The position numbers were made by a program, and so were the translations under genes. This document shows, piece by piece, positions 1 to 13,891 of a stretch of DNA of 64,000 bases. The number at the start of each line of letters is the position of its first letter. Positions within the stretch are counted from its first letter, which is position 1. Source of the DNA: Takakia lepidozioides (lineage: Eukaryota; Plantae; Bryophyta); assembly GCA_030704615.1 (NCBI GenBank), contig CM060734.1, forward strand, positions 29,202,001-29,266,000. The letters are read 5' to 3'. The notes under the pieces are model-generated. The model was not told the DNA's origin. It saw nothing but the letters and a program-made list of their open reading frames with translations, and searched no databases.

Positions 1-1658
1 CTGAACACAATGCGGACAGCGTTGAAGTTAGCTTGAGCACTATCGGCCATGAAACCAACGAAATTGGGAGATGGGACCATAACTCGAATGAGAGCTTCCC
101 ACATGAGCTGTTGTGAATCTGTGTCCTCTGACTGCATGTCACACACTGCAATTGTCATGACCCGCTGGTACACAGGGTCGTAAACATGACATGCCATTGT
201 GGTCCAGTCTTTAACCCTCTTTGACATGATCGAACATAAGGAAGCAGTTGCCAAGATCGCCACCCTTCTGCATACGTTTAACCAGGCTGACCCCGCTGCC
301 CTCACCTTTTGTGGACATTTTGAACAAGAACACTTTCCTGGCTCCTTGTCTCGGGAAAACGCTGTCTTGGATGTAGTCATACATGCTCCTTTTCTTCAAA
401 TCCATAATATTGTCCATATAACCTCGGCTCCCAGAGCCCATTCTTAAAGCGTTCACCTGATTCCTAATGTTTGGAGAAGTCAAAGTTGAGAAATGGTCCA
501 TAACAGTGTCCAAAGCCGATCCCTCCAGTATTCCTCCAACCGAATTTGATGCACACAGAATACGGCTTTCCAGAAAGGACTTGCTCACCCCCATGGCAAT
601 TGCAGATGTGGTTCCAGTTGGATTGGTATCCAACTCTTGCCTTATCAGACGCGAGACTGTGTCAACGCTCTCCCTATAATCCCCCTTGGACACAGGGTGG
701 TTGTGAAAACCGAAATGGACACAGGCTCTAGTCAGGGTTTTGAATCGATGCACCACATAATACATTCTGGCGCCACACAAAGCAAGGCAGCAAGGTGGTA
801 CCCTACAGAACTTGCACACAAAAGTGTTACTGTATGGTGGTGTCACCCCAGGCTTGAATGGATTCTCACTGACACCATCCCATTCGCTTTGCTTTTACAC
901 ACCTGACAATGCGAAGTGTCTGCATTTCATGTTCTCGCATTTCAGGTGCCCATTACAGACTGTTCGCCTGAATATGAGGTTGTCGTTGTTGTGAATATTG
1001 GAGGTTTTTGTGCGGCACCAAGGGTGCCCATCGTGCTTTTTGTCCATTCCTTCCAGGAGACTGGAAATGCCCCCCACGCGACCAGGAGGAGGTAGCTCGA
1101 AAACAGTATTACCATCAAAAGATTCCGGCAAGAATGCCACCCTTTGAATATTGAAAGTGCTCCAGTCTATCCCCCTCAACTCACTCTTGAATCCTGCCAT
1201 CCCACCCATGGCTTTCAGTTTAGGAATGACACTGGTGATCTCCTCCACATCTGCTTCTACATGTGGACATGGCTGATCCACGGGCGGTATTGCACATGTG
1301 TCATCGGAGGATGAGTCCGAAAGCTCAACTACAGTGTTAACGGTACTCGTCTCTTTCTTGACAACCACGGGTGTTTTCTCCTGGGCCACTGATGCTGCCG
1401 TGCCAGGAGTTACAAAAGATCCTGCAGACTATCTCAGAGGAGCACTGAGCACCCTGTATCTGCCTGGAGGCACTCTCCATTGTGTGGCTGGTGCAGTATG
1501 CGAAGGTTTCTGGAACACGTACTTGAGCAGTTTTCCATTGGCATCGTACACTTCCCTTTGAAGGAATAGAGTTCCATTTTCCAACCAAACTGCGTTGCGA
1601 GGACGTGTTCATGCACCAGCGCAAAACCATCATCTTCCACCTCGTAAGAAAATGGCAC
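1..1658 (-). CDS. MULE (Mutator-family) DDE transposase with N-terminal GCM-like Zn domain; frameshifted, runs off window
   Basis: ORFs 895-1389 and 211-846: HDGHPWCRTKTSN...CNGHLKCENMKC...CKFC...CVHFGFHNHP (WRKY/GCM-like), then MFDHVK..WTTMACHVYD and GFMADSAQANFNAVR (first two DDE acids). Colinear with the element B transposase. 5' extent uncertain. Confidence 0.8.
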
Positions 1659-2896
1659 AGGTGGTCCTCACTGAAGAAGTCCGCGTCAAGGGAGCCCATG
1701 GCCTGGGAGGCCATATGTCGATGTTGCTTCAGAAAGTAGAGTTCACAGTCCGACGGTGCTTGTGAATGCAAATTGTGTGGGAGCGGATTTTTTGGCGTCC
1801 TCACAGAGAATTGCAGGTATCGCTCCGGCTTGCAGATCTCCTAACGCGGGTTTCCACTTCTGTGAAATGTCTCCCCATGCAAACCAAGCGCATGGTCACA
1901 GAGTGCCCAAATGCGGAGTCCATAATGTCAGCCCTAATCCTAGAATCCAACTGATTTTTCACAAGTGCCCCACCAGTGCATTCGTTGACAGATTGACTGA
2001 CAGAGCCGCCGTTTGGTTGTCATGTCAGAGAGGCCAGAAGAGATGCCCATTTCCATTTAATTTTAACGGCACCTGCACCGCTGTACAACTGTACATACTT
2101 GACATTCCTCTGGAACATCCCAGAATAAATTGCCCAATAATGAACTTTTTCAGATGAGAGGTGATTAGACCCCAACGATTTTTGGATGGATGAGGATCCA
2201 ATGATCTCCGCCGATATTTCATAACGATTAGATGGACACGTGTTCGCCATGCATGTGGAATGAGTCAGTGGCGCACTGAACGTTGCGAGCGAACATCTTG
2301 GCGTTGAAGGCCTTGCGATGAACCTCCCATAGTCCTCTTTTTTCCCTCTTCTCCTTATTGTCTTTGCAACCCTGGATTCTGCAGAGACGGTGACCCCATT
2401 CCGAGGGAGAAGCAAGCGTCGAAGAACACTTTATTTCACATCAAACAAGCAAAGGGCACGCGCTAAGGAGAGGATGAGGAAGGCGAGACGGGAACTTAGA
2501 ATGGGAGAAGAAACATCCGGCGTAGAGGAAGACGAAGGGCAAAACAGGATTCTGCAACCGCAGTGTGGAGAGGGAGGTCTTCAAGTGATCCCGGAGGCGA
2601 CCGATGAGCAACCTCCAATAGAAGGGGGGGAGGACGAGGAAGTGAGCTGGGCTCGGGAGAAAGCACTGCGAGTAGAGAAATAGGTCTTCAAAGAGCAGGG
2701 AGAACAAACGGACGCGGAAACGATGCCGTCTGCCCTTGTTTCGCACCATCGGGACCTCCTTGGAAGCATGCTACCTCCAGACCACATGGAAAGATTGAAT
2801 GCGTCAGGAGCATCATCAAGTGCAAAGAAGAAACCGGAGGTGGCTATGAACTCTCTTTCTCTCTCTCTGATTCTGTCTGGTTCTTGCTAAGCATTG

Positions 2897-3420
2897 AGGT
2901 CGACATCAACCTTGCGTCAATGCAAGGTTGAAGTCGACCTCCTAAGTGTATATATTGGGCATCAAAACAGTGCAGATGCTGCACTACAATCAAGCTAGAC
3001 AGACATGGATGCTTGCGACGCATCATCAAGTTTGAAGAAGAAGCAGAGACAACAATCTCCTTTTCCTGTAGCTTTTGTGTTTGTTCAACACCGATCCGAG
3101 AGCTCGCAATCAACCTTGCGTCAACGCAAGGTTGATGCCAACCTCCATGGTGTATGTTAGAACTTCTAGTGAAACGAACAGATGCCGCACAGGAATCAAC
3201 ATTGCGTTGACGCAAGGCTGGTTTTGATGATTTTTTTGTTCAATGGAAGCGTCCAATCTCTCATACCCTGAACTGTAAGGTAGGGAAAGTTGATTAGTTG
3301 AAGCTCCCAAAAGAACCCTGCGTCAACGCAAAGCATTTTTTTGCTTCAAAAGTCTTTCCTGTATGCCTTTCAGTCTAAACTACATCCCCATCAATCAACC
3401 TTGCGTCAAAGCAAGGTTGA
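2897..3420. repeat. Five copies of the element A palindrome AACCTTGCGT-YR-ACGCAAGGTT
   Basis: Copies near 2906, 3111, 3196, 3314 and 3395. The first extends into a 44-bp hairpin (aggtcgac...gtcgacct). They lie upstream of the exon starting at 3468. Confidence 0.9.
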
Positions 3421-3467
3421 TCCATGGGTGCTCAATCTGTCACTCACAGATAATTCATTCTGTGCAG

Positions 3468-6400
3468 AGGAAAAGAAAAAGGAAATCCGAGGGGGAAGAT
3501 TTGGCCGCGTCAGAAGGTGAAGGTGAGGAAGACTCATTGGAGGGAAACTATGAAGACAAGGCCGAGGAGATAATGGGTGGGCAAAAAGTGAACTCGTCGA
3601 AGGTGATTCTGTCGATGGAGGTTCCCGGCAGAAACCTGGTCATTCCGCTGTGCAGGATGATCTCCATGCCCGCTGTTCGACCGGCATTGAGGAATGATAT
3701 AACGAAGTTGAAGAACGACTTTGTTCACGGCTATGTCAAGGGATCAGCAGTGTTCTACGTATCCACTATGAACACGAAAGGAGAGGAGTGTCTTGTAACA
3801 GAGGACATTGAGCAAGGTTGGGATGCATGCTGGCGGGATGTAAACAGGGAGTTCGAGTTTAAGCTATCCAAAAAGGCCTCCACAAAAGCATTCATGGGAA
3901 AGATGTTTTTTGTCTGGGATGGGAACCACAGACTGCTTGCCTGGATGGATTACATTTCAAGCTTGCACTCGGACGACATCAAATGGCACTGGAGCGTGGT
4001 TTCCATGGTTCTCGATCACAAAGGACGTGTCACGCAGCTCTTGACAGCCATGCACGACATAAACAAGTAAGTTTCCAACTTTGTGTCTGTTCCTTGTTTC
4101 GACAATTTGAAATCATCTTATGAGTTGAAGGTTTTTCCAGGTCCAATGAAACATCTCATGTGACGACCAATCTATGCCACACTCTATTCCGCATCCAGAA
4201 GGTAGGGCTGATGCCACTGGAGTCATTCACGAACGTGCTCAGTCCTCAGCAGATGAAGAGGTGTGCTGAGAAGAAGACAAGCACATGGTACAGCTTGACA
4301 AGGGAGGCTTTTCTTGACTACATGTACACTGTAAGCTTTTTGGCACTTGTTTGCCTGTTGTTACTGCAAATTTTGTGAAGAAATTCCAGTGTTTGATTCT
4401 TTTTACCTGTAATGTATGCAGCAAGAAATAGCAGAAACTGGATTGAAGACGAAAGCAGAGTACTATGATTCCCACACAGAAGAGCAGCGGTCTGCAACTG
4501 GGCTTGAGGACATGATGAAGTTCGAGATGAATAATCAAAGGAAGAATCTCATGAGTGCATTCAACAAACAGATCCGGATAGCAGACCTAGGTCTTGGCAC
4601 GGAATTTCTGGAGCAGGTGAAAGCACACTATGACAAGTATGGCTCCAAGCCAAAAATGACTCAAGAGAAACTACATCGCCTTTCCATTTCAATGGTGGAC
4701 AATGCAACCAAAATCAGGTGGTTGGAGATATGGAATTCGGATCCTCTTGTGAGAGACACGAACATGTTCCCAACTCCAGAGAGGGACCCGAAGACACAAG
4801 CAATAAGAGTTGTTAGTGACCACACATTCGACCAGTGGCTACACAAAGCCACATTCTGGAGCCAGGTAAGGTTTCCACCAAACCATTTTCAGACATTTGT
4901 GTTGCTCCGTAACCTCTCCCAAATTCTTACGAGCTTTCTTGTTGCAGTTAGAAAAACAAGCAGTGGCTGCACTTGCTGAGTCGATGGCAGACTACAAAAT
5001 CCAGATGGCTTGCCCCCGGATCACACTGGAGGCCTATATCAGGAGATGGAAGCTCGCTGTCTGGAACAACTGCTTCTTCAGGGAGTTTGAGAAAGAGAAA
5101 GGAATCTCCAGGTCTTACGAATTCAAAAACCAGTACAACAGCGAGCAAGTAATGAAGCGAGTGTTGTACAGGTGTGACCTCCTTGAATCAAAATTGGTGC
5201 TTGAAGGGCATGTTTCTGCAATCTTGTGTCGTTCTTTCCATAAAGAATTGCGAATTTGCAGTGCTTTGCGAGATCTCTGAGGGCTCTGCATGTGCAGTCG
5301 AGCAACATTGCGTTAACGCAAGGTTGTTTCCCATTGTCCTGGTTTCACTTACCTATACCTGGGTATCCCATAATGCCGTTTTTCTGAATGTGAAAGGGGA
5401 TAAACTGACAGGAAAATCAGCCTTGCGTCAACGCAAGGTTGATGAAGTGGCAGGCTATGTAGCTTTTCCTGTGGTTTTGGGCAGTTCAAATCCAGTTCCA
5501 ATGCTGCCAAGATGAACATAAGACTGTTTGGAGTCGGTTTGAAATGCTATTTACAGCTTTCACTGTACCAACAAACAGACTTGCGTTGACGCAAGGTTGT
5601 TTGGCGGTATGGATTGCTGGAAATTTCCCGCAGCCATCCCCCGATTTCCATACAATTGTAGGAAACTTATCATTATCAGATAGCATTGACATGTGTTTCA
5701 ACAGAGGATTTCAACATTGCGCCAACGCAATGTTGAATATCCGCACCAGTACATAGTCAGTGGTAGTTTTCAGGCAGTGTTTTCCATTTCCTCTCTGAAT
5801 GAAAACAACCTTGCGTTGAAGCAATGTTGAATTGCGCTTCTCAGTTGTTGTCTCTATCAATACAACATTATCATTTGGTGTTCCCCATTTCTGCTTGAAT
5901 GAACATTGCGTCAACGCAAGGTTGATTCGGGATTTCAAAAGTAGATTTCTCAGTGTTGCCTTCCTGCATTTCAATATCTTTTTCCGGATGTGTGTTCTTT
6001 TTCGTTTTCTGATCGAATGACTGTCTGGGTTTTTTGTGTGTGATTCAGGTATATGTATCATATCCTCATACCGGGAAAGTACCTTAGCGATGACCCAGAC
6101 TTCATCTATTCATGGGCTGACCCCTCCAATGACAAGACAATGTACACGGCTGGTATTGCCAAAGACTGGAGCAGGGCGCACTTCCGAGACTGTGGGTGGT
6201 ACCTCGACCTGCCAAAACAGGACACTCCATTCGATGAAGTTGTTTTGAGAAACCTGAACGACAATGCCGCAGCGATTGCCCCGTTGGCTGACAAAGACAT
6301 CCAGGACAGAATCATTTCGGCTCTGGCTGCAAAAGAGCCCGAGAAAACTGCTACTCCAAAACGAAAGGGGAAGATTGTCGGGGATCCGAAGGGGAAGGGG

Positions 6401-8190
6401 AAAAGTGCAGCTCCGCAAGGACAGGGACCGTCAGAGGTTCCTGAAAGACAGCCTTCTCCCGCAAGGAGGGATAGGAGAACATCAAAGTCGAGGGAGCAAG
6501 TTTTCGAGGCGAGAGAACATCCCTCCAGGGTTTTGGGCCAGTTCAATTGTAAGGTGCTGAATGAAAGTTTTCTTGCAATGATGGAGTCCAGGAAGTCCAC
6601 ATTCAAAGGGGTGCCCTCGAAATCATGGGACATGCTTGTTTTGTTCCTCACTCAGGTGAACACTTATGTCTAAACTGTTGTATGAATAATTGTGTTTTGG
6701 CAGCTTGTTGTGGCTTGTCCAGGGGATTGATCTCTTGTTAGATTTGGATTGGGCTTCTTACACTGTCTCATGTTTTTGGCTGTAGGTCACAAAAAGTCCG
6801 GAATGGGTGAATGGAGTTTAGCAGGCATACGCGACTGACCTTGTGGTGCTGGACATTCCTGACGGTTTTCCTGTCCCTGATGTGTTTCCTTCCAATTCGA
6901 CCCCGACTTGGAACAAATCGGATTCTCGTTACTGGCAGTGGGCTTTCTCGTTCAGCAACAAGTTCCTTTCGGACTCGGGGGCTCTTCTTCTCATGCAGTC
7001 AAAGGACATGTCGGCTCGAAGAACTCTTTTCAGCTACATGAAAGCTTCCGGGTTTCGTGTCATCAAAACTTGGACATGCATCAATACTCTGCCTCTTACG
7101 AAGGGCGAGTTCCCGGGGCAGAAAGTGAGTTGGTTCCTTTCAATTGATGTTTCGTGGTTTTTCGGTAAATCAAAATGGTGGGTTATGTCTTCTGTCTCAT
7201 GCTCTCTTTGTGATTATTGACAGACACGGGTGTTCGAAGCTTTGTGCCTGGTGAGGCGGAAGGACACTCTTCCTGCTGGTGTTGCTGAGTTTCAGTTGAG
7301 GGACCTTGCAGCTCACATTGACCCCACCTGCGAGCCTGTGGAGGATGATGTTATCTTCAATTACGTCGACTCGGGTCGGACTATGAAAAGGTCGATTGGT
7401 GTCCCTTGGAGAGGTGCACGGGAGAAATCTCCAGCTTTCATGCAGACTTTGGTGGAGACATGCAGCCGTCATGGTGGACGAGTGGTTGACTTGTTTATGG
7501 GCACAGGTGGGGCCCTTCACATTGTGTTTGACATATGGGCAGTGACCTTAGGGAAACCCTGTTTTTATTTCTCGTTCTTCTTGGATTTGCAGGAGCATGT
7601 TTTCATGCTTGCAAGAGCGCCGGAAGGCACTTCTTCGGCATGGAAGCTGATACGGAGCTCTTCTCAAGCGAGCTTCGTCAGCTTGAGTCGGGCACTACTT
7701 CTGCCCCATCCACAGAGGGACTTCTGGAGGAGCCCGAAGCGCCTGACGAGGATCTGGACGTGGACTCCGATTTTGAGTGTGAGTAAGTTCTTGTGTAGTC
7801 GTGCAAAATATGTTGCATTTCCTTGTGTCGTTCCCATTCGAGAGATAGTGGCTTTCGTTGTCTATATCTGGATGTTAACATCTACCACCATTCCTCTTCT
7901 TGCTTTGCAGAGTTCAGTACCAGTCATCGAATCAGCAGACACCTTTCGGTTTCCAAGGATACTACATGTCCCCGAGCCCCCCTAGATCCAACCGCTTGCC
8001 GGTTTACGCGGAAGCTTGCGCACGGGTGTTATCCGAACAAACACTGTATTTGCATCTCCATGAAGGTCGTGGAAAAAAAAAACGTCATGTTTGTGCTGCT
8101 GTATTCATAGATGATATTGCTGTAAACTCTGGAAGTGGTTCCTCTGAAACCTCCAATATTTCTTTAGGTTCAAGTACCGAGGCTCAATAA
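3468..8190 (+). CDS. Multi-exon ParB/Srx-like domain plus beta-class amino (N6A/N4C) DNA methyltransferase-fold protein (element A)
   Basis: Exons approx. 3468-4066, 4141-4331, ~4410-4865, 4948-5171, 6049-6655, 6786-7124, 7224-7506, 7592-7778, 7911-8190, with GT-AG borders. MFFVWDGNHRLLAW at ~3903-3944; DLVVLDIPDG at ~6837-6866; EKSPAFMQTLVETCSRHGGRVVDLFMGTG|ACFHACKSAGRHFFGMEAD matches the KP...D-x-F-x-G-x-G...GR.F.G.E.D signature. Extra upstream exon(s) possible at ~2390-2845. Confidence 0.8.
5304..5925. repeat. Six copies of the element A palindrome inside the long intron (5172-6048)
   Basis: Copies near 5304, 5419, 5578, 5712, 5806 and 5902. Confidence 0.9.
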
Positions 8191-8650
8191 ATTGTGTTTT
8201 GGTTTTGCTTCTATCTCCAAACTGTTTTTCAAGTTCTTTGCGCGTTCCCGTAAGTACAGTTAGGGATTGCCTAGGATAGGTCTTCGGATTGCGGAATTGA
8301 AAAATGTTTGTGTGTTGAAATGAATGTACTGCTTTGCCCAAAAAAAATGTTTGCTTTTAATATTCAGTTCTCTAGTGGGCGGTCTCCTCATTCCAAAGTC
8401 ATGACCTCAATCATAATTCATCCGCAAACCTGCCATTGTTCTCGGCCACAAAGAATATTCATGTGGGGGCCATGAAGAGGGATAAAAAAATTAGGACATA
8501 GGCGACAGCTGATCCGCGGTAATAGGGGGGGGGGGGGAGCACGGAATTAGGGCCTGAACACGTGGATGCTTGCTGACGTGGCGTGAGCCTAGCCAGACTC
8601 ACATGCTCACAGGCTCACGCGGCCAGGCTCACGCGCAAGCATTCCCCTCA

Positions 8651-9435
8651 GTAACCCCTTGGGTCACACTTATCAAGCGCCTCATACGAGTGTAGGCCTC
8701 TCGCAAGCTCTCACTGGATTTGCTCTGGAAGTCTTGCAAACTTCGCAGCTTCTCTGTCCGTACACCTTGGTAGTTCCTCCGCAACTCCTGGAAAAACTCC
8801 ACCACCGGGTTGAATCTAGGCACATGTGTTGTAATTGTGGCAGGAGGAGTAGTAGCACCTTTTGAACTGGTACCACCTGCAGAAGTGTCGGCACTACTTG
8901 TTCCACTACTAATGCTTGTAGTTGGAGATGTTTGTGTAGCTGCTGGTGTCACCGCTGCCCTTGTGCCTCTAGTGATTGAGACATAGTTAGGTGACCAATA
9001 CTCTTGCCACTCCTCAATCTCCACCGCATGTCCCCGCCTAAATTCATGGTAATCATCCATGGGCGGCCCCTCAAGGTGCTGGAATAGCCCCTTCCACGCC
9101 ATAAAGGGCGTAAACAGTTGTGGATTGCGCATTTGCTGCAAATCACACCAACTGTCAAACTCTTGTATAAAGTCATCAAGCTCGATGGTGTCCACAGCTC
9201 TAGAGTACCTACGTGGCCCCTTGGTAGCTCCATGCATCTCCTCCATCGTGTCCCACAACAATGGCACGGAAATGACTTGCACCCTCGGCGAGAATCCTCC
9301 TGACTTCGAGTCTGAACCTTCCTCAGAAGACACTGAAGGTGAAAGTGGCCTAAACCGCACACCTTGTCTTGTGTACCCACTAGTATCGCTGGTGCTTGTA
9401 CCGGCGCTCCCCTCAGCAGCTGGTGGCACCTCCAT
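8651..9435 (-). pseudogene. Truncated LTR-retrotransposon (Ty3-like) gag
   Basis: ELDDFIQEFDSWC...LRSLQDFQSKSSESLREAYTRMRRLI resembles the gag major homology region. Cut at the element A end. Confidence 0.6.
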
Positions 9436-10245
9436 GATGAAAACTCACAACCCAACCGGTTGTCAACCTGTCTCTAATCCCCACTTTCTACAAGGTAACC
9501 GGGTAAAGAACCTGTTGCGGCTACTGGTTCAAGCAGGAATAATGGGTTTCTAACGTAGATCTGTACCTGCACCTGCATCCACCGCAAGCACTCCTATGGT
9601 CTGCTGGTCATCAACCCAGCCTCACCATAGAAGAAACACTGGTGGTCTTGCTGGTCATCACTCCAGCCTCACCACCGACAGCATACTCTAGGATTGGCTG
9701 GTGATCAAATCCGGACCAACCTCCTATGAAAACAAGCGCCCACACAAAAGCTAACATGGCGCACAATCAAGCATGCAGGTGTGGAGGGGATCCAAACACA
9801 AGAAAATCAAGACAGCAACTCCCCCACACCAAAAACACTCCACAGTGTCACTCCTGTAAGGACACCCCAGCCCAAACCCGGACTAACTCTTGCCTCCACC
9901 TACGGAAAGGTTTTGGCCTACAGAGAGGGTGAAAGACTATGGAGAAGAGAAACTAAAGCAATTCCTAACCCCAAAATGCTCTCATCCCACCACTCTCCCT
10001 CCTGTCTCTATCCACTCGCTTGTATGGCCGTGGCAAGTATCCTTCAATATCCCTCAATCAATCCTTCAAGAGCTCTTCAACATTGTCCACCAAAGCTCCT
10101 CGAAGGGTCCTCCAAGGACCCCAAAGATCCTCCAAACACTCCTCCAAGGACCCCAAAGATCCTCCAAATACTCCTCCAAGGGCCCTCAAATATCTTCCAA
10201 ACAATCCTCCAAAGGCCCTTAAATTTCACCAAGTCCTTTCACTGT

Positions 10246-10543
10246 TGATACCTTAACAGAGGTATAGTCTGAGGTTGCTAGGGTCCCTTATGTTGATGAT
10301 ACCTTTACAGAGGTATAGTCTGAAAATGAGGGTTATGTTTGGTATACTAACAGAGGTATAGTCTGAGCTGATTAGGGTCCACATATGGTAATACCTCAAC
10401 AGAGGTATAGTAAAAGGGACAAGCTCCTGTTTGGTATACTAACAGAGGTATAGTCTCACATTAGGGTTCATATATGGTGATACCTCAACAGAGGTATAGT
10501 CAAAGGGACAAGCTCCTGTTTGGTATACTAACAGAGGTATAGT
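10246..10543. repeat. Seven ~43-51-bp units with core ACAGAGGTATAGT
   Basis: Core near 10257, 10307, 10350, 10399, 10442, 10488 and 10531. Several units form an ATACCT-n6-AGGTAT stem. Confidence 0.85.
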
Positions 10544-12239
10544 ATGAGCATACACTACTAGGGTTTGTAATGAAGAGCTAGAATGTAAGTCCTTGACTTC
10601 TATGCTTCTACTCAAGCAAAAATATGGTCTCTAGGTGGTCATAAGAGGCATCTTCTTGCTCTCTTCCACCCCAATGTGCAACCAAGAGTGGTCCAACTCA
10701 ACTTGCAAGTCATTGTCCACCAAATCAATCCCCCTTCTAGTCCTTGGGATTTGATTGCAAACTACCATATCTCCATTGCCGAGCAATCATGCATTTGTCT
10801 CCTCATCACTTGACAATTGCTCCAAATCAACACAAATTATCTCAATGTGTAGGAGCAATGCTTGTCACTTACAATAATGCTCCCAAGCAATCCGCCTTGG
10901 ATCCCACTCTCACGCCATATGCCTCATTTGGGGTCTTGCACCAATCCATCATCCATGTGCTCCCCGTGGTCATTTGAATGCATGTTTCATGACCTCTTGG
11001 CCTATGTGTTGCTCTCCTTCATCATAACATGAATCAACACCTCTCCACTTCATACACAAATGGATCTCAAAGGCCTTCACCTCTTGCTAGTTCAAGAGCT
11101 CCCCTTCTCAAACTTGAACTTACAAACTCAAGCGAACATGCTCCACACATGCACCACTTGCTTGGTCAACTATCCACCACAAAGCTCGCACTACCAAGAG
11201 CATGAATAGCCAAGTATTGCCTCCCCCTCTTGTCACATTACATAGTTAGGGTGAAGCTATGCATACATTGAATGATGATTTCCCTTCAAGGATTTCCCAC
11301 CGCATGTTCTCCAAGCCCTTCCAATGGCACCCTAAGCTTGGCTCCACACCACCATGATTGGAAGATTTCTTCACATGCTCCCTTTCAAAACCTCTTGAGC
11401 TTCTTAGTGCTCTCCAAGTGCTTGCCCTTGTTGTCTTCAAGCCCAAGCATATATAGCTCATTGGCTTCTCTTCCACAACATCCACACTTTGAACTTGCTT
11501 AACCCTAGCTTGATAGTGAAATGAGCACTAACAAGCCTTTAGTCACTCTCCACAAGCCATGGCGCACACCATCGACTCCATAATGCATACAAAGGATTCT
11601 CAAACCCTAGAATCCATGCTTCCACACACACAAGACTTCCTCCTTACAATCCTTGCAAAATCTTGTGACTCAAGAGCTTTCTTCTCAAGCTCTCCAACTC
11701 CTTGGTGCATGCAATACTCGAGCATCTTTCCTTGCAACCCCTTGCAAGCCTTGTGATACAAGAGCTAAATTCTCCTAGCTCTCAACCTCTTTAAAATACA
11801 AGTGCAAAACTAATCCTTACACTCCGCACTCACAAGCATAAGGTGATCTTCTTGTAGTGATAAAAGATGAGAAATGAGAGAAGTAGAAGACAATGAAAGC
11901 TCTCAAAGCATGAAGCAATCACATGAAGAACAAGCCCTAGTCCTTCCAAGTGAAATCCACTCTATCACATAAACTAAGTCAAGCCAAGGGCACCTTTGCT
12001 AAAGGAATCCACCCTACAAAGCCCTCAACACACACTCTCTCAATACCTAGAGCTATGGAGGTGAGAGAAGCTCATGGAGGCTCAACTACAAGAAGATGAG
12101 CCTCCTCAACACTCACAAGGGGAAAACCTATCTCCATGTCTCAAGTGAGGCTCGACACCTCACTTGGCATGTAAGACCAAATGAAGTCCCAACACACAAA
12201 ATATAAATATAAATATCTAAAATGTCCTAGTTAACTAGA

Positions 12240-13891
12240 AGTAGGTAATTATAGATAACCATGACTAAAACCATGACACGACCGTGAACCCAAACCGCCG
12301 TGTATAAGATCGCGAATTGAGAGGGGTCCCTTACAATGCCTTGCACCAAATTTGAAACCACCTCACCTTGAGCAACGGCGTCATAAACTGAAGTCCGAAG
12401 CCACTGTTGGAATGAACTTAGAGGCTGCAATCCCATGGGCAAATTTTGTGAAGGAACATTCCGGCGGCCCGCTCCTCGTCAAGGACGTCTAGTAACCGGC
12501 CTTGGATGGTTCCGCCTCCATACAAGCGTCTCCTCCTCTCGTTGCTGAACAAGGTTATTGTATCTTGTTTCCCACTCACGTACGGATGGGGTGTTCTTCA
12601 GTATGAAGTCATGCGCTTGTTCAATCACCACGGTCAGCAATTTTACCCTCTTTGATTTTTTGGGCAAAACGATGTCCTTGGTTCGTGCATCCTCCTCTTC
12701 CTTCCACATCCGAGGGGCTTCCTCATCCACCCTCGCCATGTATTCCGTGCAATAGAACATAGCTTCTTGCAACATATACCCCTCCGCCATGCTACCCTCC
12801 GGGTGCGTCATTTGTCTTACAAATGCTTTCAAAGTCTTCATATAACGCTCAAAGAAGTACATCCACCGAGAATGAACGGGGCCGGCAATCGAAGCCTCTT
12901 CCACTAAGTACACTACCAAGTGCACTTGGATGTCAAAGAAGGAGGGAAGAAGGTTCATCTCCAGCATACACATTACCTCCACCGCCTCCTTCTTCATGTG
13001 TGGAAAATTCGCTTCCTCCAACTTTGGAGCAAATCCACCGGAACAAGCCTCCCAATCTATAGATTGTCTTGCGAACCTCGGGAGTCAATGTCCCACGTAC
13101 TGCAATGGGCAAGATGTCTTGCAATATATTATGGTAGTCGTAAGACTTCAAACCATGGACAGTGTCTTCGCTGAATTTTGTACGGAGGGATGATCCATAC
13201 CCGGTTGGTGTCCGGATAGCACTTATGGTGGCTCTCACTTTGTTGTATTATCCTCATCGATATTATCCGGCATTGACAAGTGAATGTACGCGGGTCGTTC
13301 ATGGGGAACATAATATACCTGGATAATCATGCATTGTCCAAAGCAAGATATCTCTCATATGAAAAGATTGTCTGGCCATAGGGTCAAGTGAAGCATCCAA
13401 TGTCGGGACCCCCCTCCATAGCTCCTTAAGTTCATCAACAAGAGGTCGCAAGTACGTGTCCATGTTTGCCACTTGTTTTTTCTCTATGAGACATTCACAT
13501 CATTGTTTCAATGCTCTACCAATATGCAAATTATACTACAAAATGAATTACACGTCTTACTCCGTGATTATGTCACTCATCAATCTTGCATCCGAATTGC
13601 ACCAGAGATCAGAAGATTAATGTAAGTCCAAGGGAATAATAAACATGAAATGAGAACACTCACCTGGCACAATGGCAGCCAACATGATATGGCATTTTTT
13701 ATTAAAAGATATGGAGGGATGTTGTAATTCACCATGGTCACCGGCCAAGTGGAATGACTACATGACTGGACAGAGAATGGGTTGACCCCATCCGAGGAGA
13801 AGCCGAGGTGGACATGTCGTGGGTCCTCCAAGAGAAAAGGCCACATCTCTTCAGTATGCCTCCATGGTTGTGAATCTTGTGGCCCGCACAC
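12240..13891 (-). pseudogene. CACTA TnpD transposase fragments (Transposase_21 and DUF4218-like)
   Basis: DPRHVHLGFSSDGVNPF..STWPV..YNIPP; GLKSYDYHNILQDILP; FFDIQVHLVV..GPVHSRWMYFFERYMKTLK..PEGSMAEGY. Confidence 0.9.

Larger units (their letters stand above)
1..8650. mobile_element. Element A: MULE-like DNA transposon (GCM-type transposase plus ParB-methyltransferase gene); left part outside window
   Basis: Same two-gene divergent layout as element B. Right end has GCTCAC repeats and ends ...gctcacgcgcaagcattcccctca (8650), paralleling the element B end ...gctcatgaaatagcagccccccaa. It abuts a truncated gag. Confidence 0.8.
8651..12200 (-). mobile_element. Degenerate LTR-retrotransposon remnant(s): gag, repeat-rich leader, decayed coding-like DNA
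   Basis: gag ORF, several short tandem repeats (9590-9720, 10090-10220, 10246-10543), and hairpin caagtgagg..cctcacttg next to a tgtaagacc LTR-like edge at ~12170. Confidence 0.4.

Noticed and set aside
10246-10543. CRISPR-like repeat-spacer array
   Set aside because: Spacers are duplicated (aaagggacaagctcctgtttgg occurs twice), the core is short, and it lies within a retrotransposon remnant.
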